Assembly (NCBI GenBank): GCA_032128875.1
Contig: JAVLKG010000005.1
Location: forward strand, 448,001-512,000
DNA from: Candidatus Melainabacteria bacterium 17Bon1m
GTDB taxonomy: Bacteria > Cyanobacteriota > Vampirovibrionia > Obscuribacterales > Obscuribacteraceae
Direction: 5' to 3'
Length of the DNA: 64,000 bases
Shown piece by piece: positions 37,420 through 47,432 of this stretch (position 1 is the first letter of the stretch; each line of letters opens with the position of its first letter). The position numbers and the translations under genes are program-made. The notes under the pieces are model-generated. The model saw only the letters and a list, made by a program, of their open reading frames with translations. It made no database searches and was not told the origin of the DNA.

Positions 37420-39300
37420 ATGACACAGCACGAACAACGAAAAATAGTTATCGTCGGCCATGTCGATCACGGCAAATCGACTCTATTGGGTCGCTTGCTC
37501 ATGGATTTCGGCAAGGTTCCGCAGCAGACTATTGAGAAAGTCAGAAAGGTCTGCGAGTCCCGCGGCGTTCAATTAGAGCCGGCTTTCTTTCTTGATGCGT
37601 TTCAAGAAGAGCAAGAACAAGGCATCAGTATCGATACCACTCGTGTCAATTTTGAATTCGACGGACACCGTTTTCTCCTGATCGATGCGCCTGGTCACCT
37701 GGAGTTTTTGAAGAACATGACCTCCGGCGCCTCTGGTGCCGAAACTGGAATTCTGGTCATCGACGGGCACGAAGGCATCGGTTCGCAAACTCTTCGCCAC
37801 CTGAAAATCTTGGGCATTCTCGGCGTAGGCAAGGTTGTCGTCGTCGTCAACAAAATGGACAAGAGCGGCTACAAGCAGGCGCGCTTCGAAGAAGTCGCTG
37901 CAGAGATTCGTGCACACGTCGAGCGTGAAGGGCAGACATGCCTTGCAGTGGTTCCAATCTCCGCATTGAAAGGTGAAAATCTTACCTCCGCGTGCGAAGG
38001 ATTATCCTGGTATGCCGGACTGCCATTGCTACCGCAGTTGGTGGCAAGCACGACTGCTGTCTCTGTCGACACGGCAGAAGCAGCAGCTGCCGAGCCGCTT
38101 AGAATGGTCTTGCAAGATGTTTATCGTTTTACTGACGAACGCTTTTACGCTGGTCGGATTGTTTCAGGTTCGATCGCACCGGGCGCTCGCGTATTCTTCT
38201 CGCCCTCGGGCAAAGTTTCAACTGTTGAAGCATTGGAGACCTTCCCTCCTCGCGATATGCCGCTGGCGGTGAAGGGCGATTCGGTTGCATTGCGCCTCAA
38301 AGATCAAATCTTTGTTGAGCGTGGAGAAGTTGTTTCTCTGCCGGATCAAACACCGGAAGTAAACAACGAGCTGCAAGCGAAATTGATTTGGTTGAATTCC
38401 GAGCCGCTGGATTGGGCTAACGAATATCTGCTCAAGGTTGGCACTCAAGAAGTCTCTTGCCGCTTGGAACCAAGCAATATGGTTTTCCAGCAGGTCGGCA
38501 ATGGCGATTTCGTTGATGTAGTGATCAAGGCGCAAAAGCCAATCTGTTTTGACAGAAATGGATTTGGCGTGGACAAATTTGTTATCTGCACCACGTACGA
38601 AACAGTTGCTTGCGGCTCGATCATGGCATTGACCACAGCAGCTCCTCAAGGATCTCAGAAGAGCAAAAACATCGTTGTCGAGTCCGGTTTCGTCAAACGC
38701 GAAGAGCACGAAAACCGTCATGGACACAAGGGTACAGTCCTCTGGATGACCGGATTGTCCGGCGCCGGTAAGAGTACTTTGGCTAAAGCCCTGGAAAGAC
38801 GCTTGTTTGCGGCAGGATTCAGAGTGCAAGTTTTGGACGGCGACAATTTGAGAAGCGGCATCTGTGCCGATCTAGGATTTGAGCCAGAAGATCGTGCTGA
38901 AAACATTCGCCGTGTTGCACATCTCTCCAAGCTGTTGTTGAACACCGGCACTGTTGTTATTTCGGCCTGTATCTCACCTTACGAGAAAGACCGCCGCATC
39001 GCCAAAGAAATCATCGGCGCTGAAGACTTCCATGAGCTGTTCATCTTCTGCCCAATTGAAGTTTGCCAGAGCCGCGATCCAAAGGGCCTGTACAAAAAGG
39101 CGTCGGGTGGACAAATCAGCGATTTCTCCGGTTTGAACGCTCCATACCAGCCACCGGCAAACCCGAAATTGCGTCTTGATTCGAGCACCATGAGTATCGA
39201 ATCTGAAGTCGACTCGATCATAGCTATGCTTCAAGCGGAAGGGATTAAACCACCCGTATCGGCAGTTGGAGCCCGTGGTGAACTGGCCTGGAAGCCATGA
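37420..39300 (+). CDS. cysNC: Bifunctional sulfate adenylyltransferase subunit 1 / adenylyl-sulfate kinase
   Basis: GTPase motifs GHVDHGKST, DAPGH, NKMD; APS kinase motifs TGLSGAGKST, LDGDNLR, RDPKGLY. Confidence 0.93.
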   Translation: MTQHEQRKIVIVGHVDHGKSTLLGRLLMDFGKVPQQTIEKVRKVCESRGVQLEPAFFLDAFQEEQEQGISIDTTRVNFEFDGHRFLLIDAPGHLEFLKNMTSGASGAETGILVIDGHEGIGSQTLRHLKILGILGVGKVVVVVNKMDKSGYKQARFEEVAAEIRAHVEREGQTCLAVVPISALKGENLTSACEGLSWYAGLPLLPQLVASTTAVSVDTAEAAAAEPLRMVLQDVYRFTDERFYAGRIVSGSIAPGARVFFSPSGKVSTVEALETFPPRDMPLAVKGDSVALRLKDQIFVERGEVVSLPDQTPEVNNELQAKLIWLNSEPLDWANEYLLKVGTQEVSCRLEPSNMVFQQVGNGDFVDVVIKAQKPICFDRNGFGVDKFVICTTYETVACGSIMALTTAAPQGSQKSKNIVVESGFVKREEHENRHGHKGTVLWMTGLSGAGKSTLAKALERRLFAAGFRVQVLDGDNLRSGICADLGFEPEDRAENIRRVAHLSKLLLNTGTVVISACISPYEKDRRIAKEIIGAEDFHELFIFCPIEVCQSRDPKGLYKKASGGQISDFSGLNAPYQPPANPKLRLDSSTMSIESEVDSIIAMLQAEGIKPPVSAVGARGELAWKP

Positions 39301-39329
39301 AATCAAACGGAGTAGCGGAGTAAAGAGAT

Positions 39330-41108
39330 TTGCAAGGTGCTTTAAGCGGTATTTCTAAAGACTCGGCGCCAGCAAGCCTGCCCGTGGCCGAGAAGCGCGA
39401 AGTAAGCTCAAAAGAATCCGCTGCGTTGGTGCGCACGGATTTCTTGTTAATAGGCTTGCTCATTCTTTTAGAAGCCTTGGTCTTCGGACCGTTTGTCTCA
39501 AAGATCGGCTTTTATCTGGACGACTGGGTCATGGTCTCCCTTTTGCGTGGCGGTCCGCAAGATATTGCCGGTGCCTTTGCCAATTATTTCTTCAATGACC
39601 CTAAGGTGATTATTCGCCCCGTTGAAGTCTTGCACTTTGGATTGCTCTATTTTATTTTCGGCACCAAGCCGCTGGGTTATCACCTGGTCAACGCGTTTTT
39701 CGAAATCTGTGTTTGTGTGCTTCTCTACATGGCGTTGAAGCGCTTCACTGGCAGCCGTTTCCTGTCGTTTGCATCGACTGCGGCTTTTATCTTGTATCCA
39801 ATCAGGGATTCCACTCACTACTGGATATTGTGCAGCTCTGTCTCATTAAGCCTGGGTCTGTATCTGGGCAGTCTCATCTTGTCTTTGAAAGGGCTGCAGG
39901 AGAAAAAGCCAGGGCTCTATATCGCCGCTGCTTTGCCTTTTGCAATTGGCTTGTTCAACTATGAAGTGTTTATGCCTTTTGCTTGCGTGAGCGCCCTCTG
40001 CGTCTTGCTAATGAGCCTGCGAAGCGCCAATCTGTCGAGCTCATTGCGGCAGGCGGTTTATTGTTTTATCCCTCTTTTCGTAAGTGCGCTTGCCTTATTC
40101 GGCTATCAGCGCTTTATCGTGCCGCAACTGGGCATCGGTTTTTTGCACCATTTAGCCATCGACCCTGGTCAAATTTTGCATGTCATTTCGGCTGGTGTCG
40201 GCACTTCAAACATCTTCTCTGCCATGCCGTTTTTCCGTGAGCAAATTTCGGTATTGCTCCTGAATCCGCTCACCAGCTGGAATGTTTTCTCTCTTGCTTT
40301 GATACTCACGGGCACTGCCCTTGCGTCATTCTTCTTGCTCGTCACCGATGCCAGTCAGGTAAAACTGCGAACAATGGCTGAGATTGCCCTTGTTGGGGTG
40401 GCAGCGATTATTACTTCGTTGGCGATTTTCGGTTTGAACAATCAATACGAACCGACTCTTATGACTCTGGTGAACCGCATTTTTACCGGTGCTTCGCTTG
40501 GTTGGAGTTTTATTTTCAGTGCTTCGGTTCTTGCTTGTGCCAGTTTGATCTTTCATCAGATCAAGAGCAAGCTGGCTCTTAAGTCTGCCGCGATAGCGCT
40601 GGCAGGGCTGATGTCTTTTGGTGCGGTTTTCTTTACTCTTGTGAATTGGCAGTTGGCTAATCCATGGGTAGTTTCACAGCGTGCCCAGCAGGATGTGATT
40701 TTTCTTGTCAAAAGTTTGCGCGGCAAGGTCAAGCCATCGGATTCGATCATACTTACGGACTTCCCTCGTTATGTGATGTGGAGTCCGATCTTCGATGGGG
40801 TATGGGACTTTCAATCAATGGTGCGAATCGTTTTGAATGAGCCAAAAATGCGCGCCGGGGTTGTCTCAGATCGTCTGGTCATCGGAAAAGATGACATAAA
40901 AGACATCTCTGTCGGGTATACCTGCGCTACATATCCTATTAAGGACATCAAGCTTCTGGTGCCTGGCCGCAACCAATTGATGCCAGTTACAACGGCGAGG
41001 CAATTCGTTGACTTTGTCGGGGGCAACAGCGCCAAGTCTCTTCTGTCCGCCGATACCGTGGGCAAATGGCAACGTCGCGTTGATGAGTTGGAAGGCGCTG
41101 CTAAGTGA
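39330..41108 (+). CDS. Probable GT-C-fold membrane glycosyltransferase
   Basis: GFYLDDW after the first TM, RP motif, GYHLVN, more than 10 TMs. Confidence 0.65.
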   Translation: MQGALSGISKDSAPASLPVAEKREVSSKESAALVRTDFLLIGLLILLEALVFGPFVSKIGFYLDDWVMVSLLRGGPQDIAGAFANYFFNDPKVIIRPVEVLHFGLLYFIFGTKPLGYHLVNAFFEICVCVLLYMALKRFTGSRFLSFASTAAFILYPIRDSTHYWILCSSVSLSLGLYLGSLILSLKGLQEKKPGLYIAAALPFAIGLFNYEVFMPFACVSALCVLLMSLRSANLSSSLRQAVYCFIPLFVSALALFGYQRFIVPQLGIGFLHHLAIDPGQILHVISAGVGTSNIFSAMPFFREQISVLLLNPLTSWNVFSLALILTGTALASFFLLVTDASQVKLRTMAEIALVGVAAIITSLAIFGLNNQYEPTLMTLVNRIFTGASLGWSFIFSASVLACASLIFHQIKSKLALKSAAIALAGLMSFGAVFFTLVNWQLANPWVVSQRAQQDVIFLVKSLRGKVKPSDSIILTDFPRYVMWSPIFDGVWDFQSMVRIVLNEPKMRAGVVSDRLVIGKDDIKDISVGYTCATYPIKDIKLLVPGRNQLMPVTTARQFVDFVGGNSAKSLLSADTVGKWQRRVDELEGAAK

Positions 41109-42193
41109 AATCATTAGTTTCGATACTCCTGCCTGTTTTCAATGGTGGGAAATTTCTGGAAGCAGCCATAGACAGCGTCTTGGCGCAGACGCATGATAAT
41201 TTCGAGTTGCTTGTCGTCGATGATTGTTCAACGGACGGATCCGTCGCTATAGCCGAACGCTTGAAAGAGCAAGATGCTCGTATCAAGTTTTTCCAGAACG
41301 AGAGCAATGTTGGATTGTTTGCCAACTATAACCGTTGCCTTGAATATGCCTCCGGAGCATACGTAAAACCCTTTGCGCAGGACGATATTCTTGCTCCCGC
41401 TGCAGTCGAGAAAATGTTGCAGGTTCTCGAGCAAGATCAAACAATTGCGCTCACATCATGCGCTCGCAACATAATTGATGCAGAGGGACATGTGACCAAG
41501 ACCCGCTGTGTTATTCCTGAATCTAGGACCTTAAAAGGTCAGGAAGCCATTCTCTACAATATGCTTGCCCTGACAAACTGGATTGGCGAGCCCAGCACCG
41601 TGATGTTTCGAAAGCAATTTACTGGTACTGGATTTGATACCACTCTTTTCCATTATGGCGATCTCGATATGTGGTTTAGAGTTTTGTTGAACGGCGAATA
41701 TCACTTCATTGCCGAGCCACTGGCCAGTTTTAGAACCCACCCGGGCAGTGCGACCAGCAAGAATCTAAGTGGGCTTTTGTTTGCCCTGGACATAATTTCA
41801 ATGTCCGAAAGGTACGCCCAAGTTTTACGAGATACTGGTGTTTCGGATGAACTCTACAAGCGATGTGTATCAGAGTATGCAGCGCTTCAGGTAGATGAGC
41901 TGGTACGCAATGAGGGACTGACGTTGAAAGACGTCATTGCTGCCGCGCGCAAGGGCGCTCGCATAGGAGTTGCAGGCGATGATAAAGAGACAGCATTGAG
42001 AATGATGGATGCTTTCGTCGGGCTGAGCTTTTACACACTGCGTTCACTGACACACACTCTTAGAGAATTGAGTGATGTTCAATGCCGTCTGGGCTCCGAC
42101 AAAGAGTATTTGAGCCGCCGTCTGGAGAATATGGAACAGAGCACGTCCTGGAAGCTCACCGCTCCTATTCGCAAGCTCCTCAGCCAGCAATAG
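41105..42193 (+). CDS. GT2 glycosyltransferase
   Basis: VSILLPVFNG, VVDDCSTD, QDD, IGEPS, DLDMWFR; C-terminal STSWKLTAPIRK tail. Confidence 0.9.
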   Translation: MKSLVSILLPVFNGGKFLEAAIDSVLAQTHDNFELLVVDDCSTDGSVAIAERLKEQDARIKFFQNESNVGLFANYNRCLEYASGAYVKPFAQDDILAPAAVEKMLQVLEQDQTIALTSCARNIIDAEGHVTKTRCVIPESRTLKGQEAILYNMLALTNWIGEPSTVMFRKQFTGTGFDTTLFHYGDLDMWFRVLLNGEYHFIAEPLASFRTHPGSATSKNLSGLLFALDIISMSERYAQVLRDTGVSDELYKRCVSEYAALQVDELVRNEGLTLKDVIAAARKGARIGVAGDDKETALRMMDAFVGLSFYTLRSLTHTLRELSDVQCRLGSDKEYLSRRLENMEQSTSWKLTAPIRKLLSQQ

Positions 42194-42210
42194 TCCTACG
42201 AGTAGTTTTT

Positions 42211-43662
42211 CTAAAACTGGAAGTAGATGAAAGGCGTTGTGCTGTCCGGGCAGAACGTAATTACCAGCATGATTACAACGGCGAAATAGAGCGCTTTTGC
42301 AGGTGCCGGCACACGCTGGAAAAATCCTGTTTGTCTCAGGTATCCGACAACTGGTGTAGCCAAAAGTAAAAGGGCAACGAGCACAATTACAGTCGGAACG
42401 ACAACCGGTAGCTCTGGTCTGAAGACGAGGAAATGACCAGCTTCAGCTTTTGTGAAAATGGGCGAAAGCAGCACCATTTTCTTGACCATGCTGAATGCAG
42501 CGCCGATGTCGGTGATGCGGAAGAATATCCAACCGATGCATACGACGTGGAATGTCAGCAGCATCGACAAAATATTGAACACTTTGCTCTCGAAGAAAGC
42601 ACGTAAATGGCTTGTGTTCTCACGCCATTGACTGAAATTTCTATGAACGATCAAACAAAGCCCGTGGAAGACGCCCCAGACAACGAAGTTCCAAGACGCT
42701 CCGTGCCAGAGCCCTCCGAGCGCCATCGTCAGCAAAAGATTGCGATCTGTCATACGTTTGCTTCCCCGCGAGCCACCGAGCGGAATGAAGAGATAGTCTC
42801 TGAGCCAGGTGGAAAGCGAGATATGCCAGCGCCTCCAGAAGTCGGACATATTGCTGGCGATGTAGGGAAGGTTGAAATTGAGCGGGATATGATAACCAAA
42901 AAGAAGCGCCGAACCCCGCCCGATATCTGTATATCCCGAAAAGTCGAAATAAATTTGGAATGCGAAGGCGTAGGCCATGAGCCAAGTTTCAACAGAGCCG
43001 TAAGACGCGTGCGTTTGAGACATCATGTCGACCAGCACTGCCAGGTTGTCCGCCAAGAGCAGTTTTTTCGCTACACCCATGACGATGAGCGGAATTCCCT
43101 CGTCGAAATAATCAAGACTGAGCTTCTTCTCTTCCTGCATTTGTGCCTGGAAGTCAGGAAACCGCTTAATTGGTCCGGCGATTTGCGTAGGAAAGAAAGC
43201 CGCGAACAATGCGAAAAGAACAAACGAGTCTATCGGCTTGCGACCGCGATTGATTTCAAATAGATAGTGTATAAATTCGAAGACGAAGAAGGAAATTCCG
43301 AGCGGCAGAATGATATTCAGCGCAACATGAGACGTTGAATGCGTTATAGGCCGGAGCAGTGCTTCAAACGTGCTGATGAAGAAGTTCATGTATTTGAAAT
43401 AGGCAAGGCAAAGCAAATTTATTGCAACGCCTGCGCCAAATATCACTTTTCTATTCGCTTCTGCCTTTGTTAGCAGTTTTCCCCAGAGCCAGTTGAATAG
43501 AGTCAGTCCAAGAATAAGCAGACCAAAAATTGGAATCCAGCTCATGTAGAAGATATAACTGGCCACGAGCAGCATGGGCAGGCGAAAACGCTGCGGCAGC
43601 AACCAGTAAAGGAGGACCACAGTGGGGAGAAACAGGAGATATTCAAAGCTCGTGAAAATCAT
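42211..43662 (-). CDS. MBOAT O-acyltransferase, AlgI/PatA type
   Basis: LPLGISFF, FFPTQIAGPI, QIYFDFSGYTD, DFWRRWHISLSTWLRDY, GLWHGA (catalytic His), terminal PFIYFQF. Start set at ATG 43662. Confidence 0.95.
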   Translation of the reverse strand: MIFTSFEYLLFLPTVVLLYWLLPQRFRLPMLLVASYIFYMSWIPIFGLLILGLTLFNWLWGKLLTKAEANRKVIFGAGVAINLLCLAYFKYMNFFISTFEALLRPITHSTSHVALNIILPLGISFFVFEFIHYLFEINRGRKPIDSFVLFALFAAFFPTQIAGPIKRFPDFQAQMQEEKKLSLDYFDEGIPLIVMGVAKKLLLADNLAVLVDMMSQTHASYGSVETWLMAYAFAFQIYFDFSGYTDIGRGSALLFGYHIPLNFNLPYIASNMSDFWRRWHISLSTWLRDYLFIPLGGSRGSKRMTDRNLLLTMALGGLWHGASWNFVVWGVFHGLCLIVHRNFSQWRENTSHLRAFFESKVFNILSMLLTFHVVCIGWIFFRITDIGAAFSMVKKMVLLSPIFTKAEAGHFLVFRPELPVVVPTVIVLVALLLLATPVVGYLRQTGFFQRVPAPAKALYFAVVIMLVITFCPDSTTPFIYFQF

Positions 43663-43865
43663 AAAAAACGACCTGAACAGCTCGTGAATTCGGGCAAAAC
43701 ACTGCGATGGTAGCACGGCTGTCAAGGCGTTCGGGCATCTCTTAGAAAAGGCCTATAGTTAATTGTTTTTCTTATTTACGCGTAATGGCGAAATGCAAGT
43801 TGCCGGGCTGTTGTACTGTCTTTAGTTGCGCCTGGTCGCTTAGAAACTGTAAACAAATTGTGTTA

Positions 43866-46526
43866 ATGTCTCGCCCGCTATTACTCGGCATTTTTGCGCT
43901 CTCACTGGCCGTTAGGCTGTGGTTCAACTTTGTCTTTCCGCACATAAACAATGCTGGTGCTGCAGACGGTTCTGAGTATCTGCGTCTTGCTCACGCTATC
44001 GATCAATATTTGAGTCAGCCAGGTAGCGATCTTTCGATTCTCTCCGGATTTAAGCAGTCTGGACCTATCTTTCCTATCTTCATTCTTCTGTGTCAGAAAG
44101 TCGGAAGTTTTTTCGGTTCGCTCCCACCTTCCTGCGCGCCTTTGTTTGGTCAGTGTCTGCTCGCTGCAATTTCGGATGGCTTCCTTTTCTTGACGGCAAA
44201 TTTGCTCTATGGTCGGCGTTGCGCGCTTATCTGCGCTGCTTTTGCAATCTTCTATCCAGCTTCTATCATCAATTCCGGGCGTCTGTATGCGGAGAGTTTT
44301 TCAACCTCGCTGAGCGTCATTCTGCTCTACATCATGTGCCGAGGTTTTGTAGGAGAAAAGCGCAATTGGCTGCAATTCCTTGGTTTGGGAATGGGCTTGG
44401 CGTCATTGCAATTAGCTCGCTCGGTAATGATCGTGCTTTCCTTTGTCAGTCTGCCATTGACGTTCTTTCAAGAGCGTAAGGCAGCTGCTCTCAAATCTTT
44501 GGGTCTCGTTTTGATTGGCATGGCGCTTGTAATGCTTCCCTGGCTGTGCGCGCAAAAGGCTGTTTTGAATAAAGCCAGTCTGGTTGTCGACCGCGTCGGC
44601 AATTACAATCTTTTTGTTGGAACAAATCCTGATATCAGCGGTTGGCTTTCCTATCCTTACCCTGATGGAACAGGCATTGAAAGCAGGTCTGCGCTTTCCG
44701 TGCTGACAAGCAACGTGAAATTGTCGCTCGGTCGCTCAATAAAATTGATGCTGGATAAGCCATACCGATTGGCGAAATTTCCGTGGAACGACTTTCGCAC
44801 CGATATTGGCTTTTTTACTTTTCCGCTGCAAGTCGCATTTCATCAATTTTTGCTTTTGTTATGTGCGGTAGGCATATGCCTGGCACTCATTACCAATCCC
44901 GATGGAAAGCTGGTCGAGCGAGGGATTTTGAGGGCACGTTTGCTGCTTTTTGCGTATTTTGCCAGTCATGCAATTTACTGGTTTTTCATCACTGTTCCAC
45001 GCTACAACATGACTGCGATACCGGAACTGATTCTGTTTGCAGCAGCGGGTGCGGATGCGCTTATGGCATTGTTCAATGAAAATCGAAAGCGTGCCGTTCT
45101 TGTGTTTAACGCATTCTTGCTATTTTTTCTTTCTGCACGCCTCAATGATATCGGACTTCTTTTTCAAGTCACCGGCTCGCCCTCTCTATCGCTCATCCTT
45201 CTGTGTGCTTTGAAAGCTTTTGCCGCAGCACTGTTTTTCTTCTTCCTCTGGAAAGTCTCACAGCAACCAACTGAGAAGCTAGTCGTTTTTCGCGCGGTGT
45301 TTTTGTCCGTTACTGCGGCCTCAATATTTCTGGTTGCTTACCCTGCTCGCGCAAATGGCAGAGCCCTTGAATGGCAAGCCCAGTTGCTCAATAAAGGAGA
45401 GAAGATTTCGCAGCAATTCGTTTTTAGCAAAGATGATATTGCGGCATTGTCCGATAAGAGATTGTTTTTGCTTTTCGACACTGACGGTCTGCGCGACTTT
45501 ATTGAGAATGGACGAATTACGGTCAATGGTGAACCTTTGCACGCTCCAGTAATTCCCGGAATTTCTTTGACGCAAGAATTTTCCGCGGACAAATACATGG
45601 GCAAAGAGAAGAACCAGCTCTATTTTGAATGTGAGTGGATTTATGAGCGCATGACTGCCTCTGCAGGCATTGCAGCTGGCGACATCAGGCAATGGTTCGT
45701 AGTGCCTTTGCCACTAAATGTGGTGAACAAGATAGCCGCTTCCGGCACTCTTTCGGTGGAAATTGAGAATGTCAGCGGAGCACGTTCGTTCAAACTCTTT
45801 GGTAACTATGAGCCGGTGAAGACCCTGCCATCTGTGAATTCTTCTTCCTGGGAAAAAGCGTTTTATGGAGTGGAGAATGACCTCGGCTTTACCGACAGTC
45901 GGTATGATGTGAAACAAGACACTGTGCGGCATACGAAGGCACAGTTAACGTCCGACAGTAAAGAATCCGACGCTGACTTATCACCCAGTCCTGGCATTCA
46001 GACGGGCTCGTACAATATGCTCTTGTCCGCTGTGCCTCTCAAAAACTTGCCTCACACTTTTAGTTTTAACGCGCCATTGCCGAGAAAATTGAGTTTGAAG
46101 AACCAGGAGGCAAAAACATTTCAGACCGCCTTGCTGAGTCCACCGGCAGCCGGACCGAATGACGTCTGGTTGTTTCGTTTGAAGGGGAAATCTTCAGCGC
46201 CGAACGCACCGCACCCTAATATCCTCGTTGAGCCGAAATTGACGGTTCACCTTTCAAATGATTCCGTGAAAACCATAGATTACCCTTGCCGTTGGCTGCC
46301 GCGAAGTCTCCCCAATTATGCTGAACCAACTGCCTTTGATTATTGTTTTCCAATGATGCCAGGTCTACTAAAGGAGAAGATTGCCAGTATTGAGGTTTCG
46401 CTTGAGCCCAAAGATTTCGGTTCCGCGCCGAACCGTTGGCTGGAAATCGACGACCTTGAGCTCGAAGTAGAGTCTATTTACGGGAATCCTGTCAGTTCCT
46501 ACTTCAAAGAAAGCCGCCTCTACTGA
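43866..46526 (+). CDS. GT-C (PMT/ArnT-like) membrane glycosyltransferase with large C-terminal domain
   Basis: R..ADGSEY after TM1, FYPASI..GRLYAE, NLFVGTNP, PRY. Start set at ATG 43866. Confidence 0.65.
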   Translation: MSRPLLLGIFALSLAVRLWFNFVFPHINNAGAADGSEYLRLAHAIDQYLSQPGSDLSILSGFKQSGPIFPIFILLCQKVGSFFGSLPPSCAPLFGQCLLAAISDGFLFLTANLLYGRRCALICAAFAIFYPASIINSGRLYAESFSTSLSVILLYIMCRGFVGEKRNWLQFLGLGMGLASLQLARSVMIVLSFVSLPLTFFQERKAAALKSLGLVLIGMALVMLPWLCAQKAVLNKASLVVDRVGNYNLFVGTNPDISGWLSYPYPDGTGIESRSALSVLTSNVKLSLGRSIKLMLDKPYRLAKFPWNDFRTDIGFFTFPLQVAFHQFLLLLCAVGICLALITNPDGKLVERGILRARLLLFAYFASHAIYWFFITVPRYNMTAIPELILFAAAGADALMALFNENRKRAVLVFNAFLLFFLSARLNDIGLLFQVTGSPSLSLILLCALKAFAAALFFFFLWKVSQQPTEKLVVFRAVFLSVTAASIFLVAYPARANGRALEWQAQLLNKGEKISQQFVFSKDDIAALSDKRLFLLFDTDGLRDFIENGRITVNGEPLHAPVIPGISLTQEFSADKYMGKEKNQLYFECEWIYERMTASAGIAAGDIRQWFVVPLPLNVVNKIAASGTLSVEIENVSGARSFKLFGNYEPVKTLPSVNSSSWEKAFYGVENDLGFTDSRYDVKQDTVRHTKAQLTSDSKESDADLSPSPGIQTGSYNMLLSAVPLKNLPHTFSFNAPLPRKLSLKNQEAKTFQTALLSPPAAGPNDVWLFRLKGKSSAPNAPHPNILVEPKLTVHLSNDSVKTIDYPCRWLPRSLPNYAEPTAFDYCFPMMPGLLKEKIASIEVSLEPKDFGSAPNRWLEIDDLELEVESIYGNPVSSYFKESRLY

Positions 46527-46543
46527 CCAATCTGAAGCTATAC

Positions 46544-47380
46544 ATGCGAATCTGCCTTTTTACCAATCACTACCCAGCCAATAATCTCAGTGACGCAGAG
46601 TCGGCCTATGTGACCGAATTAGCGCGCGGGTTAGATGCTTTAGGGCATGAAGTGACTGTAATTTGCGCACATTCGAAAGACGCTTCCACAAAAGGAAAGA
46701 TCAGCGTAATCAGCGCTTCGCCCTCTGCGAAAATCAGCAAGTTGCGGCTTGTCCGCCGCCGGTTGCCAAAATCGGCATCTCAGGCTGCTTCTTTGATCGG
46801 CTTTTGGCACGCATTTGCTGAATGTGGAAAAACTTTCGACGTGGTTGAAGCGGGTCAGGGATTGTCCGGCGCACTTTTAAGCGCCTTCTCCAGAGAAACG
46901 CCATCGGTCTTGCGTGTTACCGGCAGACGCGATGCGAAGGATGAAGGGTTGAGCGCCGATCGAGATTTCGACTCTCAGCTAACCAGTTTGATCGACGATT
47001 TTGCCTTTTCTTGCGTCGATATGTTCAGTTGCGCAAGCAGCAATGAAGCAGATTTCCTCGTTCAAAGTCGGCGCAGGGTGGAGCAGATTGCTGTTAATTC
47101 CGCTCGGAAAGAAGGTGATCTGGCGTCATCCGCCGTGGATATATATGAGGCTGCGATTGATCGTTTTTCCCGAATAAAACAGCCTTATCTCTACCGGCAC
47201 GGTGCTCAACGTTTGATCAAAAGCACTGAAGACATGATTTCAATTTATGACCAAATGCTGTATGACCTGCTCTTCAGGGTTTCATACAGATTTCGTTTCG
47301 TCCACTGGCTAAACAAGCTGCGCAGCAATCCTGGAGCGTTCAAAGCTAAATTGCTCCAAAAACTCTGCCAAAAGGCGTGA
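46544..47380 (+). CDS. Truncated GT4 paralog (N-terminal domain plus C-terminal tail, no donor-binding domain)
   Basis: MRICLFTNHYP..ELARGLDALGHEVTV matches 18420/31244, and the tail YDQMLYDLLF..HWL is present. No GRL..KG or E-x7-E region; 278 aa. Confidence 0.7.
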   Translation: MRICLFTNHYPANNLSDAESAYVTELARGLDALGHEVTVICAHSKDASTKGKISVISASPSAKISKLRLVRRRLPKSASQAASLIGFWHAFAECGKTFDVVEAGQGLSGALLSAFSRETPSVLRVTGRRDAKDEGLSADRDFDSQLTSLIDDFAFSCVDMFSCASSNEADFLVQSRRRVEQIAVNSARKEGDLASSAVDIYEAAIDRFSRIKQPYLYRHGAQRLIKSTEDMISIYDQMLYDLLFRVSYRFRFVHWLNKLRSNPGAFKAKLLQKLCQKA

Positions 47381-47432
47381 GACTAAGAATCAGGCTTTTC
47401 CCATCGCGACTAAATCGCAGGAGTCCTAATCT

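Noticed and set aside
42607-43263. 218-aa plus-strand ORF
   Set aside because: Antisense shadow of the MBOAT gene.
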